From: an uncultured Candidatus Binatia bacterium
GTDB taxonomy: Bacteria; Desulfobacterota; Binatia; Bin18
Reading direction: 5' to 3'
Assembly (NCBI GenBank): GCA_965232605.1
Contig: CBDDQA010000003.1
Coordinates: 337,618-401,617 of the forward strand
Length of the DNA: 64,000 nucleotides
This document shows, piece after piece, positions 10,602 through 19,852 of the stretch; within the stretch, counting starts at the first letter, position 1; each line of letters starts with the position of its first letter. The notes under the pieces were generated by a model that had not been told where the DNA came from, did not search any database, and saw nothing but the letters and a program-made list of their open reading frames with translations. A program made the translations under genes and the position numbers.

Positions 10602-12155
10602 CTACGCATTCGCGGCGTAGAAGATAAACTCCACGTCTCCGATACGGACCTGCATACCGTCTCTGAGAAGATTTTCGGCAACCTTTCTCCCATTGATGTA
10701 GATGCCGTTTCGGCTCTGTAAATCGAGCAGCACATAGCCCTGTTTGACTTTTTTTATGCGCGCGTGTTCGCGCGATATCGAGGAGTGGAGAATAATCGCC
10801 TCGCATTCCTCTCCACGACCAATCGTCATCTCATCGCGGGAAAGCGCGATTTCGCGCGGCGCTTCTTCGAACGGGCTGTGGCGCACCAGGCGGGCGTATG
10901 GCGCAGCGGTCTTCGGCACGGCCGGCTCAGGGACTGCGTTCTGGCCGGTGGAAGCGGGGCTGCGGGTGGCCGTCTTCACCAGACTCAACACCTCAGCCGG
11001 AATCTCATTCAGTCGGACGCGCGCCAACAGCAGCAACCCTCCGGCGGCCAGGAGCGGCACCACCATATTCCACACCCCATAGGCAATAACGGTTTGCGGC
11101 TGGGTGGAACCCGGTCCTGAACTGCTGGGAACGACGATCGCGCCGCCAATCCCACGCACCTGATAGGACACCCGCGCCTCCCCTTCCCCGTTCGGATGCT
11201 GAAGGGTCAGCACGACGTCGCGTTCCGCCCCGTCCTCGACCGGGCGGGGGCTGGTATACGTCAGGAAATACTGCGAGGCGAGCGAGCGGCCGATCTCGCT
11301 GATCAGTTCGGGAAAGCGTTCTCCTTCACTGACGATATTGTAATGCCGCCCGGCGCTCTCCTTGGCGATCCGATGCAGGTCGGGGGCCATAAAGGGCGGC
11401 GGAGAGATGGCATAGACGTTCAGGCTCGCCTTTTTGATTTCCGCCAGGACTTCCGCACCGGACAGTTGGGTGATCTCTCGACCGTAGGGATTGTTTTTTT
11501 CCGAGCCGTCCCCGCGCGTATGATTGGGGGCGTCGGTAATCAGGACGAGGACCGCCTGGGCATCGGGCCGAAACGGAAAGCGGCTGGCCAGCAGCAGCGC
11601 ATCGAGCGAGTTCTCCGGGATATCCCCCCCGCCGGCTGGGCGTAGCGCGCCAACCCAGCTTTTGAACTCTCGGGCGCTCCGGGTAAACACCCGCTCGTCC
11701 CGAATCACATAATCCTCAAACGTCACCAGGCCCAGGCGGTAATCCCGGTTGGCCTTGGCCAGACGGTCGGCAAAATCAATGGCCGCTTCTTTCATCCCGT
11801 CAATAAACGGCCCCATGCTTTCCGTGACATCGAAGACCACCACGATATCGACCGGCCGGCCCTGTTCTTCGCCCCGGAAGTCAATGATCCGGGCGTCCTG
11901 CCCGTCCTCCTGCACGCTCACATGCTCCGGCGTGAGTTGTCCGACCGGCTGCCCACCCAAATCGGTCGCATTAAAATACAGGCCAACGGCGCCGCCATTG
12001 GTAAAATTCTCCAGTTGAGGGTTGGTGACAGAGACAACCACCGAATCGGCCGCAGAGACGCGCGGTGTCAACGGCGAGCAGAAGGCAAGGCAAGAGATGA
12101 ATACACACACAGCTTGGGTGTAGCTCTGCCGAGAGGACCGGGCTTTCAATCGCAT
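10602..12155 (-). CDS. signal peptide + extracytoplasmic vWA domain (MIDAS DVTESM) + TM helix + cytoplasmic FHA domain protein
   Basis: 517 aa; vWA motifs VVVFDVTESMGPF..GGGDIPEN..LITDA; TM VIAYGVWNMVVPLLAAGGLLLLA; FHA C-terminus MTIGRGEECEAIILHSSISREHARI...NGIYINGRKV; GAGGAG RBS. Confidence 0.85.
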   Translation of the reverse strand: MRLKARSSRQSYTQAVCVFISCLAFCSPLTPRVSAADSVVVSVTNPQLENFTNGGAVGLYFNATDLGGQPVGQLTPEHVSVQEDGQDARIIDFRGEEQGRPVDIVVVFDVTESMGPFIDGMKEAAIDFADRLAKANRDYRLGLVTFEDYVIRDERVFTRSAREFKSWVGALRPAGGGDIPENSLDALLLASRFPFRPDAQAVLVLITDAPNHTRGDGSEKNNPYGREITQLSGAEVLAEIKKASLNVYAISPPPFMAPDLHRIAKESAGRHYNIVSEGERFPELISEIGRSLASQYFLTYTSPRPVEDGAERDVVLTLQHPNGEGEARVSYQVRGIGGAIVVPSSSGPGSTQPQTVIAYGVWNMVVPLLAAGGLLLLARVRLNEIPAEVLSLVKTATRSPASTGQNAVPEPAVPKTAAPYARLVRHSPFEEAPREIALSRDEMTIGRGEECEAIILHSSISREHARIKKVKQGYVLLDLQSRNGIYINGRKVAENLLRDGMQVRIGDVEFIFYAANA

Positions 12156-12181
12156 GAGAGTCTCCTCATTGTCCGACCTGC

Positions 12182-13039
12182 CTACTCCTTGCCGGCCCGC
12201 TCTCGGAAGAGGAACAGGGTTCCGCCGACCTCTACCCGGTCGCCGTTTTTCAGTTGGACCGGCTGGGTAACCGGAGTCCGGTTGACGCTGACCTGGCCCT
12301 CGTTTTTGGCAAGCACAAAAGTATGCTGACGTTTTTCGACCACCGCGTGCAGGTTGGCGATGGAACGGTCGCCAAACAGGCCGACATCACTTTCTTCGGC
12401 TCGACCGATTGTCGTTTTGGGCTTGGTCAGATGGTATTCACGGCCTTCACGGGCATTGCGGCTTTGCGAGCGAATCACCATAAACCAGCCGCGCTTCAAT
12501 ATCTCGCTGACCAGACCAATCCAGAGACCGATCATGGCTCCCAAAATGGCCAGGGCAACCCCGCGACCAGCCGTCTGCGGCAGGAGGGCGGTGACCAGTT
12601 GAAAGAGCGCCCCCCCGATGGCTCCGCCAATGCAGCCACCAATCGCGCCATTGCGTAAACGGACCAGCGATTGGCCGACCCAGCCGGCTCCCAGTCCGAC
12701 GGCCAGCCCAAAAATCCCCCAGCCGATAACGCGCCCGCCAAGACCGCCAAACAGGCCAAACACCAACTCTCCCATGAGGAGGCCAATCGCCCCGCCCACC
12801 AGACCGGCGAGTCCACCCAGCTTCACCCCCTGCCAGGTCTTGTTCTTATGCCCCGCGCTGAGCCCTTCAATGGCCCCCATGAACGCGCCAACACACACAC
12901 CCGTCACGCCACCCAGGGCCATGGCCCGGAGATAGACATTCCCCATCGCGGCCAAGGGGTCAGCCACGGCCCAGCCGGCAAGACCGCCCAGGAGACCGGC
13001 TCCGCTATACAGGACAAGGCGTTCGCGTGAAAGTTCCAT
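12182..13039 (-). CDS. polytopic glycine-zipper membrane protein with C-terminal FHA domain
   Basis: 285 aa; multiple Gly/Ala-rich TM segments then TIGRAEESDVGLFGDRSIANLHAVV...VSVNRTPV..LKNGDRVEVGGTLFLF; GGAGGAG RBS. Confidence 0.8.
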   Translation of the reverse strand: MELSRERLVLYSGAGLLGGLAGWAVADPLAAMGNVYLRAMALGGVTGVCVGAFMGAIEGLSAGHKNKTWQGVKLGGLAGLVGGAIGLLMGELVFGLFGGLGGRVIGWGIFGLAVGLGAGWVGQSLVRLRNGAIGGCIGGAIGGALFQLVTALLPQTAGRGVALAILGAMIGLWIGLVSEILKRGWFMVIRSQSRNAREGREYHLTKPKTTIGRAEESDVGLFGDRSIANLHAVVEKRQHTFVLAKNEGQVSVNRTPVTQPVQLKNGDRVEVGGTLFLFRERAGKE

Positions 13040-13092
13040 ACTCCTCCGCTCAAAGTCTGCTCAACGCCCCACGTGTATGCCAACAGCCGCCA

Positions 13093-15480
13093 TCATGACC
13101 CGACCTGGAGTTGCAGGGACCAGTGTCCGCTCACATTTTCGGACGACCCGACACGGTAGGTTCCGCTGAGCCGATTTTCTTCACGCCAGCCCTGGAAATG
13201 ATACACGCGATTCCCAACCGCACTGGTAAACTCAATCTGGTTGCCCTGCGTTGTGCCTTCCAGAGAGGCGGCACCAAAGCCGCGCGCGTGAATCACCAGG
13301 CGGCCACGCAAGGCCCCATTACTGTGCGGTTGAAAATGCACTTCAAGCAGAGCCTCACGCTCGGGGCCGAGCCCGAGGATGCTTCCCTGGTGCGAGGCCA
13401 GGATATAGGCCAGGTCCCGGTCGTCCGTGACGCTGAAGGTGCTGGCCGAGAGCGGATAGCCGTTGACATAAAAGTCAACTCGATACTCGCCGGGGAGAAA
13501 GGCGCCGCCGCTGGCATTGCCGATTCTGGCCGTAAAAGTGACCTTCTCTGCTTTGTCCGATACATCCTTTCCGTCTTCGACCGTCCCCAGAATCTGGCCG
13601 TTGGGGGCAAAATAGGTTGCGGTGACCCGGTGGTGAGAGGGCAACAGGGCATGGAGTTGATTCTGAAAATCCGCCTCCCAGGCCAGGTATCGGAGTTGGG
13701 ACGTGCCGAACGAACTCGCGGATTGAGACAGTTTGCTGCCGTCCTGCGCCGTATTGAAAAAGCGCACGGCGAGCAGAGAAAGCGGCTCTTTGCTCTTTTC
13801 CTGGATGAGGGCCAGCCGTTTTTCCTCGGCGGCGCGCCGTGCGACCTCTTCCTCCGGGGTCGGCCCACTCGCGACCGGGACATCTGACCCGCCAGCGACA
13901 CCGCTCTCTTTTTCTTCCGCCACGTCGGCTGCTACGACCTGGACCGGGTCCGGTTCAATTCGGACCGTGTGGCTGGCCAGCCTGGCATCCCCGAGATAGA
14001 GATCGAGCTGGTAATCACCGGTCGCCCGCTCCTTGAGTCCCTCAAGCAGGGTCACGCCGCGCAGTTCAAGCGCCTCCTCTTCGGGCCGCACAAACCGACC
14101 GGCCTCGCTTTTCCCGGCCAGGCCGCCTTCAGGGTCGAAAAAGCGGCCTTCCAACCGATGATTCCCGCCTTCAACCCCGAACAGCCTGTTTTTCAGCGCC
14201 GCTTCCCAGGTCAGGTATTGCACCTCGCTCAGCGTATAGCTGTCCTTGACCTCCGACAGGGGCGTGCCGTCCCGCGAAGTATTGACCAGGTTGAGGGAAA
14301 CCAGTTCGAGCGGGTCGGCCCGCAGCGCGCGCAAGCGTTTCTCCCGCTCCCAGGGTAAATCCGCCACAAAGGCCCGAAACCTTGGCCGCTGGGATTCCGG
14401 CAGCCAAGTTTCAATCTGCTGCCACGGAATCCTTTCTCCCACGCGCTCAATCGGGTTGCCGTGCAGCAGCTCAGGAGAGGTGAACAGGCCATACGCCCCG
14501 CCACTCAGCAGCAATAAAAAAACCAGGGTTGCTACCATCCGCCCCCAGCGCCGTTTCTTTTGCGGCGGCTCAGCTGCGAGGGGCTCTGCAACCGACTCCG
14601 ACAGCGGTTCCAGGATTTGGGTCGCGGCTTGGGACGAACTGGGCGGACCAGCCGCGCTCAGGCCACGCCCGTACAGAAACATGTCCTTGAACGCTTCCGC
14701 GCTCTTGGGCCGCTCTTCGGCTTTATACGCCAGGGCCTGATCAATCGCCTGGGCGAGAAAAGGAGAGGCGTCGGGTTTCTCCGAGAGTACCGGCGGGCAT
14801 GAAAACGGCGGATGTTTCTCCGGATCCCGACCGGTCAGGATATAGTGCAGGGTGGCGGCCAGGCCATAAATATCGGACCGTTCATCGACCTGTCCGGAGT
14901 ATTGCTCGGGCGGGGCGAATCCAGGGGTGCCGATCAGGGTGGCCTTGCCCTGGGGGGAAAAAATCCTGGCGATGCCAAAGTCAATCAGCGTGATGCGTCC
15001 GTCCGGTCGCAGGATCACATTGCCCGGTTTCATGTCCCGATAGATGATGGGCGGAGAAAAACTATGCAGATAGGTCAACACATCGCACAGCTCCCGGCCA
15101 ATCTCGATGACCCGGCTTTCGGGAAATTGACCGCCCAATCCGGCGATTTCCTGTTCCAGGTTGATCCCCTCGATAAAGTCCATCACCAGATAATGGCAAT
15201 TACCCTCACCAAAGCGATCGAAAATAGCGGGAATGGCCGGATGGGTGAGCTGGGCCAAGGTGTCGGCCTCTCGATGAAAATACTCAATGGCCTGAGCCCG
15301 CTCCTCGGGGTTCGTGAACCGATCAAAAATTTCCTTGATAGCGACCTGTCGCTCAGCCAGCCGCTGGTCCTGAGCGACATAGACGACACCCATCCCGCCG
15401 CCGGCCAGAAAACGCTCAATCTGATACCGGCCCGCCAGGACCGTTCCAGGTTCGAGTTGACCGCTTTCATTTCGCGACAT
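13093..15480 (-). CDS. Hanks-type Ser/Thr protein kinase (catalytically intact) + TM + ~440-aa extracytoplasmic region with internal tandem duplication
   Basis: GGGMGVVY P-loop, AIKEI, YRDMKPGNVIL, DFGIAR, APPE; TM VATLVFLLLLSGGAYGLF; start chosen at ATG comp(15478..15480) (MSRNESGQLEPGTV) to avoid overlap with upstream gene; two homologous ectodomain segments (...LTWEAALKNRLFG... / ...LAWEADFQNQLHA...). Confidence 0.85.
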   Translation of the reverse strand: MSRNESGQLEPGTVLAGRYQIERFLAGGGMGVVYVAQDQRLAERQVAIKEIFDRFTNPEERAQAIEYFHREADTLAQLTHPAIPAIFDRFGEGNCHYLVMDFIEGINLEQEIAGLGGQFPESRVIEIGRELCDVLTYLHSFSPPIIYRDMKPGNVILRPDGRITLIDFGIARIFSPQGKATLIGTPGFAPPEQYSGQVDERSDIYGLAATLHYILTGRDPEKHPPFSCPPVLSEKPDASPFLAQAIDQALAYKAEERPKSAEAFKDMFLYGRGLSAAGPPSSSQAATQILEPLSESVAEPLAAEPPQKKRRWGRMVATLVFLLLLSGGAYGLFTSPELLHGNPIERVGERIPWQQIETWLPESQRPRFRAFVADLPWEREKRLRALRADPLELVSLNLVNTSRDGTPLSEVKDSYTLSEVQYLTWEAALKNRLFGVEGGNHRLEGRFFDPEGGLAGKSEAGRFVRPEEEALELRGVTLLEGLKERATGDYQLDLYLGDARLASHTVRIEPDPVQVVAADVAEEKESGVAGGSDVPVASGPTPEEEVARRAAEEKRLALIQEKSKEPLSLLAVRFFNTAQDGSKLSQSASSFGTSQLRYLAWEADFQNQLHALLPSHHRVTATYFAPNGQILGTVEDGKDVSDKAEKVTFTARIGNASGGAFLPGEYRVDFYVNGYPLSASTFSVTDDRDLAYILASHQGSILGLGPEREALLEVHFQPHSNGALRGRLVIHARGFGAASLEGTTQGNQIEFTSAVGNRVYHFQGWREENRLSGTYRVGSSENVSGHWSLQLQVGS

Positions 15481-15493
15481 CGACCATGCCTCG

Positions 15494-17194
15494 CTACTCG
15501 TAAAAGACCACGACCACTGAGGTATTATCGCTGCCACCGGCAGTATTGGCCGCAACCGTCAATTCCAGGGCGGCCTCGTGCGGGGTCCGGTGGCGACTCA
15601 CAATGTCGGCAATCGCCGGGTCAAGGACATGGCTGGTCAGCCCATCGCTGCACAAGAGGAGACGGACGCCGCGCTTCAGCCGGCGCGAGAGCGTATCAAC
15701 CTTGACGTTTTCCTTGCTGCCCAAAGACCGGATCAGGACGTTGCGGTGCTCGTGGGTCAACGCCTCTTCTTCGGTCAGTTGACCGATTTCGACCAAACGG
15801 GCGACCAGGGAATGATCGTGCGAGAGCAGGTGCAAGGTCCCGTTTTCCAGCAGATAGACCCGGCTGTCCCCAACCCAGGCCAGCGCCAGTTGTCCGGCCT
15901 GCATCAACGCGGCAACGATCGTGGCCCCCAGGCCAGCCGACTCGGGATGATCTTTTCCGTATTGGACAATCCGGGTATTGGCCGTCTCGACCGCCTCGCG
16001 CAAACAGCGCTCCCAAGCGGCAACATCGACTGCCTCTTCCGCTCCAGCCCAGGCGGCTTCGACATGGCGGGCGACGGTCCGGATGGCAATCTGACTCGCC
16101 ACCTCCCCGGCTTCGGCGCCACCCATCCCGTCTGACACAATATACAGCCCCCGGAAATCACTGCCGGCTATGCTGCCCCGCCCGACCTCTTTGACCAGCA
16201 CGGCATCTTCGTTGTGGTCACGCACCTGTCCGACATCGGTCCGCCAGGCCGAGCGGATGTGCCCGGACTGACTCAGCCCGAGCAGGTCGTGTTTCAGCGC
16301 GTGCAGGTCGGCATAGCGCTCCGCCGGCTCAAGGGCCAAGGTTCTGCTTAAAACACGCTCGAACTCGGGGGTCAGGACTTTCTCCGGATAGAATACGGGT
16401 GGCTCGGGCTGAACCGCCCAGCCCTCAACCGGCAGGCGCCGCCCGACCAGCACGGCATACAAGCATGCCCCAAGCGCAAATACGTCCGCGGCTTCGTTTA
16501 ATACCTGGGCCTTATATGCCTCGGGCGCAGCATAGCCGTCCGTCAATACGGGGTTCTCCTCAATCGAGTCTTTAAGACGAATCGCGTCGAATCGGGTCAG
16601 GTGCAGACGGCCCGTCTTGTCGAGCAGGATATGCTCCGGCGGCAGCTCAACGCACAGGAAGCCGTGCCGGTGCAAAGCGCCCACGGCCTGACAGAGCTGG
16701 ACACCCCAGCCGGCCGCCTCCCGCTCCGCTGTCCGGCCAATGCGCTGACTCAACGGCAGACCGGACTGATGCGGGGTGACGAGGTAGACCCGGCCGTCAC
16801 GTTCACAACGTTCCTGGGGGAGAATCAGGGCCGGATGGTAAATCTCGGCCAACTGTTCGGACAAGCGAAACGCGCCACCCAAATGGGCATCGGCCTGGTC
16901 GCGTGACCGTTCCGCTATGAGATAGGCTTGGCCGTCGTCAGTCTGACGAACCGCCCGGTAACGATTTTCCTGTCCGGTCGAGAGGAGTGCGGTCAGACGA
17001 TAGGTATCGGCCAGAACGGTGCCGACCGGCAGCGGTTCAAGGGCGGGAGATGACTCCCCCTCGCCGTCTTCTTCAAGCGCGACGCCGCAGGCCGTACAAA
17101 ACGTTTCGCCGATAACATTGGCCTGTCCGCACTCACCACAAACGTAACTCTCCTCGCGATCCGTCGGCTCGGTCATCAGCGGCGCGGAACCCAT
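15494..17194 (-). CDS. zinc-ribbon + degenerate kinase-like (pseudokinase) domain + C-terminal PP2C-family Ser/Thr phosphatase
   Basis: N-term CGECGQ..CTACG; kinase-like region lacks GxGxxG, has HRHGFLCVELPPEH (no HRD) and TRFD (no DFG); PP2C motifs LYIVSDGMGGAEAGEVAS...DNTSVVVVFYE. Confidence 0.8.
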   Translation of the reverse strand: MGSAPLMTEPTDREESYVCGECGQANVIGETFCTACGVALEEDGEGESSPALEPLPVGTVLADTYRLTALLSTGQENRYRAVRQTDDGQAYLIAERSRDQADAHLGGAFRLSEQLAEIYHPALILPQERCERDGRVYLVTPHQSGLPLSQRIGRTAEREAAGWGVQLCQAVGALHRHGFLCVELPPEHILLDKTGRLHLTRFDAIRLKDSIEENPVLTDGYAAPEAYKAQVLNEAADVFALGACLYAVLVGRRLPVEGWAVQPEPPVFYPEKVLTPEFERVLSRTLALEPAERYADLHALKHDLLGLSQSGHIRSAWRTDVGQVRDHNEDAVLVKEVGRGSIAGSDFRGLYIVSDGMGGAEAGEVASQIAIRTVARHVEAAWAGAEEAVDVAAWERCLREAVETANTRIVQYGKDHPESAGLGATIVAALMQAGQLALAWVGDSRVYLLENGTLHLLSHDHSLVARLVEIGQLTEEEALTHEHRNVLIRSLGSKENVKVDTLSRRLKRGVRLLLCSDGLTSHVLDPAIADIVSRHRTPHEAALELTVAANTAGGSDNTSVVVVFYE

Positions 17195-17253
17195 ACGTCA
17201 CCAGTCCACTGAAGGTTCTCGGTTTCGCCAGTTCCAGAACGGCCAAGCCAGCC

Positions 17254-17913
17254 TCATTGCGCGCGCGACACCTTGAAAAAGGTTTTGCCGACGATGATCT
17301 CGTCGCCGTCTTTGAGCGGAACGGGCGAGCCGGGCTCAAGGCGTTGTCCCCGATTGATAAACGTCCCGTTCAGGCTCCCGATATCTTCAATCGTCAGCTC
17401 GGCCCCGAATTTTATCAGCGCGTGTTTGCGGGAGATACGTGCTTCCGGGTCGTCGTTTTCCATATCAACTTCAGGAAAAGAACCGGAATCCGGGTCCCAC
17501 CGACCCACCAGATTGTCTCCGGCCTGGAGCTCAAAGACTTTTCCCACAGTGCCCCCCCGGGTGATGGTGAGCGAAGCGCTGCCGACCGCTGCCTGGTCAT
17601 CGCTGAGAGCGGCGACTTCGGGCACGGCTTCTTCTGCCGGAGTCTCCGGAGGCACATCTCCGGCCACCTCCGTACTCTCCTCAGCCGCCTCGACACTCGC
17701 CTCGTCCTCAGCTTCAGCCGTTTCAGCCATAGCTTCTTCTGGCACAGCTTCTTCTGCTGCGGCCTCCGTACTGGCCTCAACTTCTGCGGGAGCTTCCTCT
17801 GTGGTCTGGACTTTACCCAGAACGATCGCTCCGGCTTCAAGTTTCGCTCCGCAGCTATCGCAGTACTCCAGGCCATCCATTTGTTCTTCATTGCATTCCG
17901 CACAGCGAATCAT
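17254..17913 (-). CDS. zinc-ribbon + acidic linker + C-terminal FHA domain protein
   Basis: MIRCAECNEEQ..CDSCG; Glu/Ala-rich linker; FHA NLVGRWDPDSG..ARISRKHALIKF..NGTFINGQ; AAGGAG RBS before ATG at 17913. Confidence 0.8.
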   Translation of the reverse strand: MIRCAECNEEQMDGLEYCDSCGAKLEAGAIVLGKVQTTEEAPAEVEASTEAAAEEAVPEEAMAETAEAEDEASVEAAEESTEVAGDVPPETPAEEAVPEVAALSDDQAAVGSASLTITRGGTVGKVFELQAGDNLVGRWDPDSGSFPEVDMENDDPEARISRKHALIKFGAELTIEDIGSLNGTFINRGQRLEPGSPVPLKDGDEIIVGKTFFKVSRAQ

Positions 17914-17951
17914 TCTCACATCTCCTTCATGGGCTGCATCTGGGATGAAGC

Positions 17952-19241
17952 TTAATCTTGCAGCGCGTCTTTGACGCTCTCAGGGTCGAGTTGCTGCGTC
18001 TTGCGGAGGCTTGCCTGAGCGGTGAGCAACTGAGTCTTGGCTGCCCCGGTCGCAAGACTCTGGGTTTTCTTCAACTCACTCTGGAGCCCCTCAAGCGCTT
18101 GGGTTGCTTTCGCATTTCCCAGTCGCTGCGTACCGGCTATGGCATTCCCCAACAGCCGTGTGGCTTTATCCGTATTGCCGGCAGCCATAGCCGCCTCGGC
18201 CTGCAACTGAATTTTGGCCACACTGACCTGATCGACCAGATTCATCACATAACCGTTGGCCTGGCCAAGGGCCGAGCGCTCAAGCGTGTAATGCACCACC
18301 ACGTCCACGCTTTCGTGCTGGTTTCTGGCCTCGGGCGTATCGTAGTACAGCTCAGCTTGCGCCAGCCGAACCCGGCCGGGTCGGCGGGGCGGTAAGACCA
18401 AGACGGCTAAGGCCGAACTTGGTGTTCCTGCTTCAATATCTCCCAACGGCAGAGAGAGCGTCCGGTTGGCGTCGGGTGTCGTCTCTTTGATCGGGTAAAT
18501 CTGAGGGCTGGCGCGAAAGGCTTCTTTCACCTGCACCCCGGCGCTGAGTTGCATCTCAATCCGCGCGTTGGTCAGGGCGACATTCCGCAGTCCCTGGAGT
18601 TCATTGGAGAAAATATTCGGAATGGAGGCCGGAGCGTCAATAAAATGATAGTTTGCGCCACTCTCCTCGGCCATTTCCATCAGCAGCTTTTCATTGAACT
18701 CGATTCCGACCCCGAGCGTGCTGCACGAAACACGGTCGCGGTGTTGACGGGCAAGATCGAGACATTTGCGCTCCTCGTACGTCTGACCGTCGGTCAGAAG
18801 CAACAGGCGGTTCAGGCGGTTCGGCGAATAATACTTCTCCACCTCGGCCAGCGCGGCTTCCATGCCCAGGGCCATTTGCGTCCCGCCACCAATCTCCAGG
18901 AGATCGAGATCGTCAATGGCCCGCTTCACTCCGGCGGCATCCGCCGTGACGCGGTCTGCGGTTGCCGCCACTTCGGCCCGGTCGGCAAACGCGACCACCG
19001 CGGCCTTGTCATCCGGACCAAGATTATCAATCAGATATTTGATGGCCTCGATGACATAATCAAGCCGCTGTTCGTCGTACATCGAACCGCTGCGGTCAAG
19101 AACAATGCCAAGATTGAGCGGCAGGCGTACCCCCCCACCCTGCGGCTTGGTCTCCATGAGCAGGTACAGGATGAAATTTTCCGCACTGCTCAGAACGGCA
19201 TCACGGCTTGTCAGCGCTTGGAACCCAACAGCACCAGACAC
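17952..19241 (-). CDS. cytoplasmic vWA-domain protein (TerY-like) with C-terminal coiled-coil
   Basis: MIDAS DRSGSM, TDG, no signal peptide; C-terminal 100 aa heptad-like (AKIQLQAEAAMAAG...LKKTQSLATGAAKTQLL); GTG start with AAGGAGG RBS. Confidence 0.8.
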   Translation of the reverse strand: MSGAVGFQALTSRDAVLSSAENFILYLLMETKPQGGGVRLPLNLGIVLDRSGSMYDEQRLDYVIEAIKYLIDNLGPDDKAAVVAFADRAEVAATADRVTADAAGVKRAIDDLDLLEIGGGTQMALGMEAALAEVEKYYSPNRLNRLLLLTDGQTYEERKCLDLARQHRDRVSCSTLGVGIEFNEKLLMEMAEESGANYHFIDAPASIPNIFSNELQGLRNVALTNARIEMQLSAGVQVKEAFRASPQIYPIKETTPDANRTLSLPLGDIEAGTPSSALAVLVLPPRRPGRVRLAQAELYYDTPEARNQHESVDVVVHYTLERSALGQANGYVMNLVDQVSVAKIQLQAEAAMAAGNTDKATRLLGNAIAGTQRLGNAKATQALEGLQSELKKTQSLATGAAKTQLLTAQASLRKTQQLDPESVKDALQD

Positions 19242-19324
19242 GAAAGCCTCCTTATTACCGAGGAATTTATTGAATTTTTTATCTCACGTTTTTTGCCGGG
19301 GAGCAATATAACTCCCAGGCAGGA

Positions 19325-19822
19325 TTACTCCTCCGGCTTACGAAACTGGTCGTGACAGCCCTTACATGTTCCGAACATCTTTTGCATATGTTCTTTGACC
19401 GAGGCGGCATTGTTTTCTCCCGCAGCCACGGTCAGCGCGTTCGCTTCCGTACCCAACTCCGTGGCGGAGGCAATGAATGCGTCCCAGTTCTGCCAGATTT
19501 CTTCTTTGGCCCGAGAGGAATCTCCACTGCTGCCCTCGGGAAAGAGAGCGGCGACGCGAGTCGAATGCAGGGCAATAGCCGCGGCATTCATTTTGGCCTC
19601 TTCGAGCTTGCCGGCGTCAATCTTGCCTTTCATCTCCTTGGCGTTGGCCCCGATGTTGTCCATCAGATAGGTCCGAAACGCCACCGTCTGCTGCGGGTCC
19701 GGCATCTGAGTCGGATGGTTTTCGTGCCCGAAACTCAGCCCACCCAGGCTGTGCAGCCCCCCTGCCACCACACCCACACTGATGCACACTCCACGAACGA
19801 TACGAATGACTCTCCTTGTCAT
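19325..19822 (-). CDS. class II cytochrome c (cytochrome c-prime/c556-like)
   Basis: 165 aa, signal peptide, four-helix-bundle-like sequence with single C-terminal heme motif CKGCH. Confidence 0.7.
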   Translation of the reverse strand: MTRRVIRIVRGVCISVGVVAGGLHSLGGLSFGHENHPTQMPDPQQTVAFRTYLMDNIGANAKEMKGKIDAGKLEEAKMNAAAIALHSTRVAALFPEGSSGDSSRAKEEIWQNWDAFIASATELGTEANALTVAAGENNAASVKEHMQKMFGTCKGCHDQFRKPEE

Positions 19823-19852
19823 GATACTCCCTCCTCTTACGAAAGACCTGCG

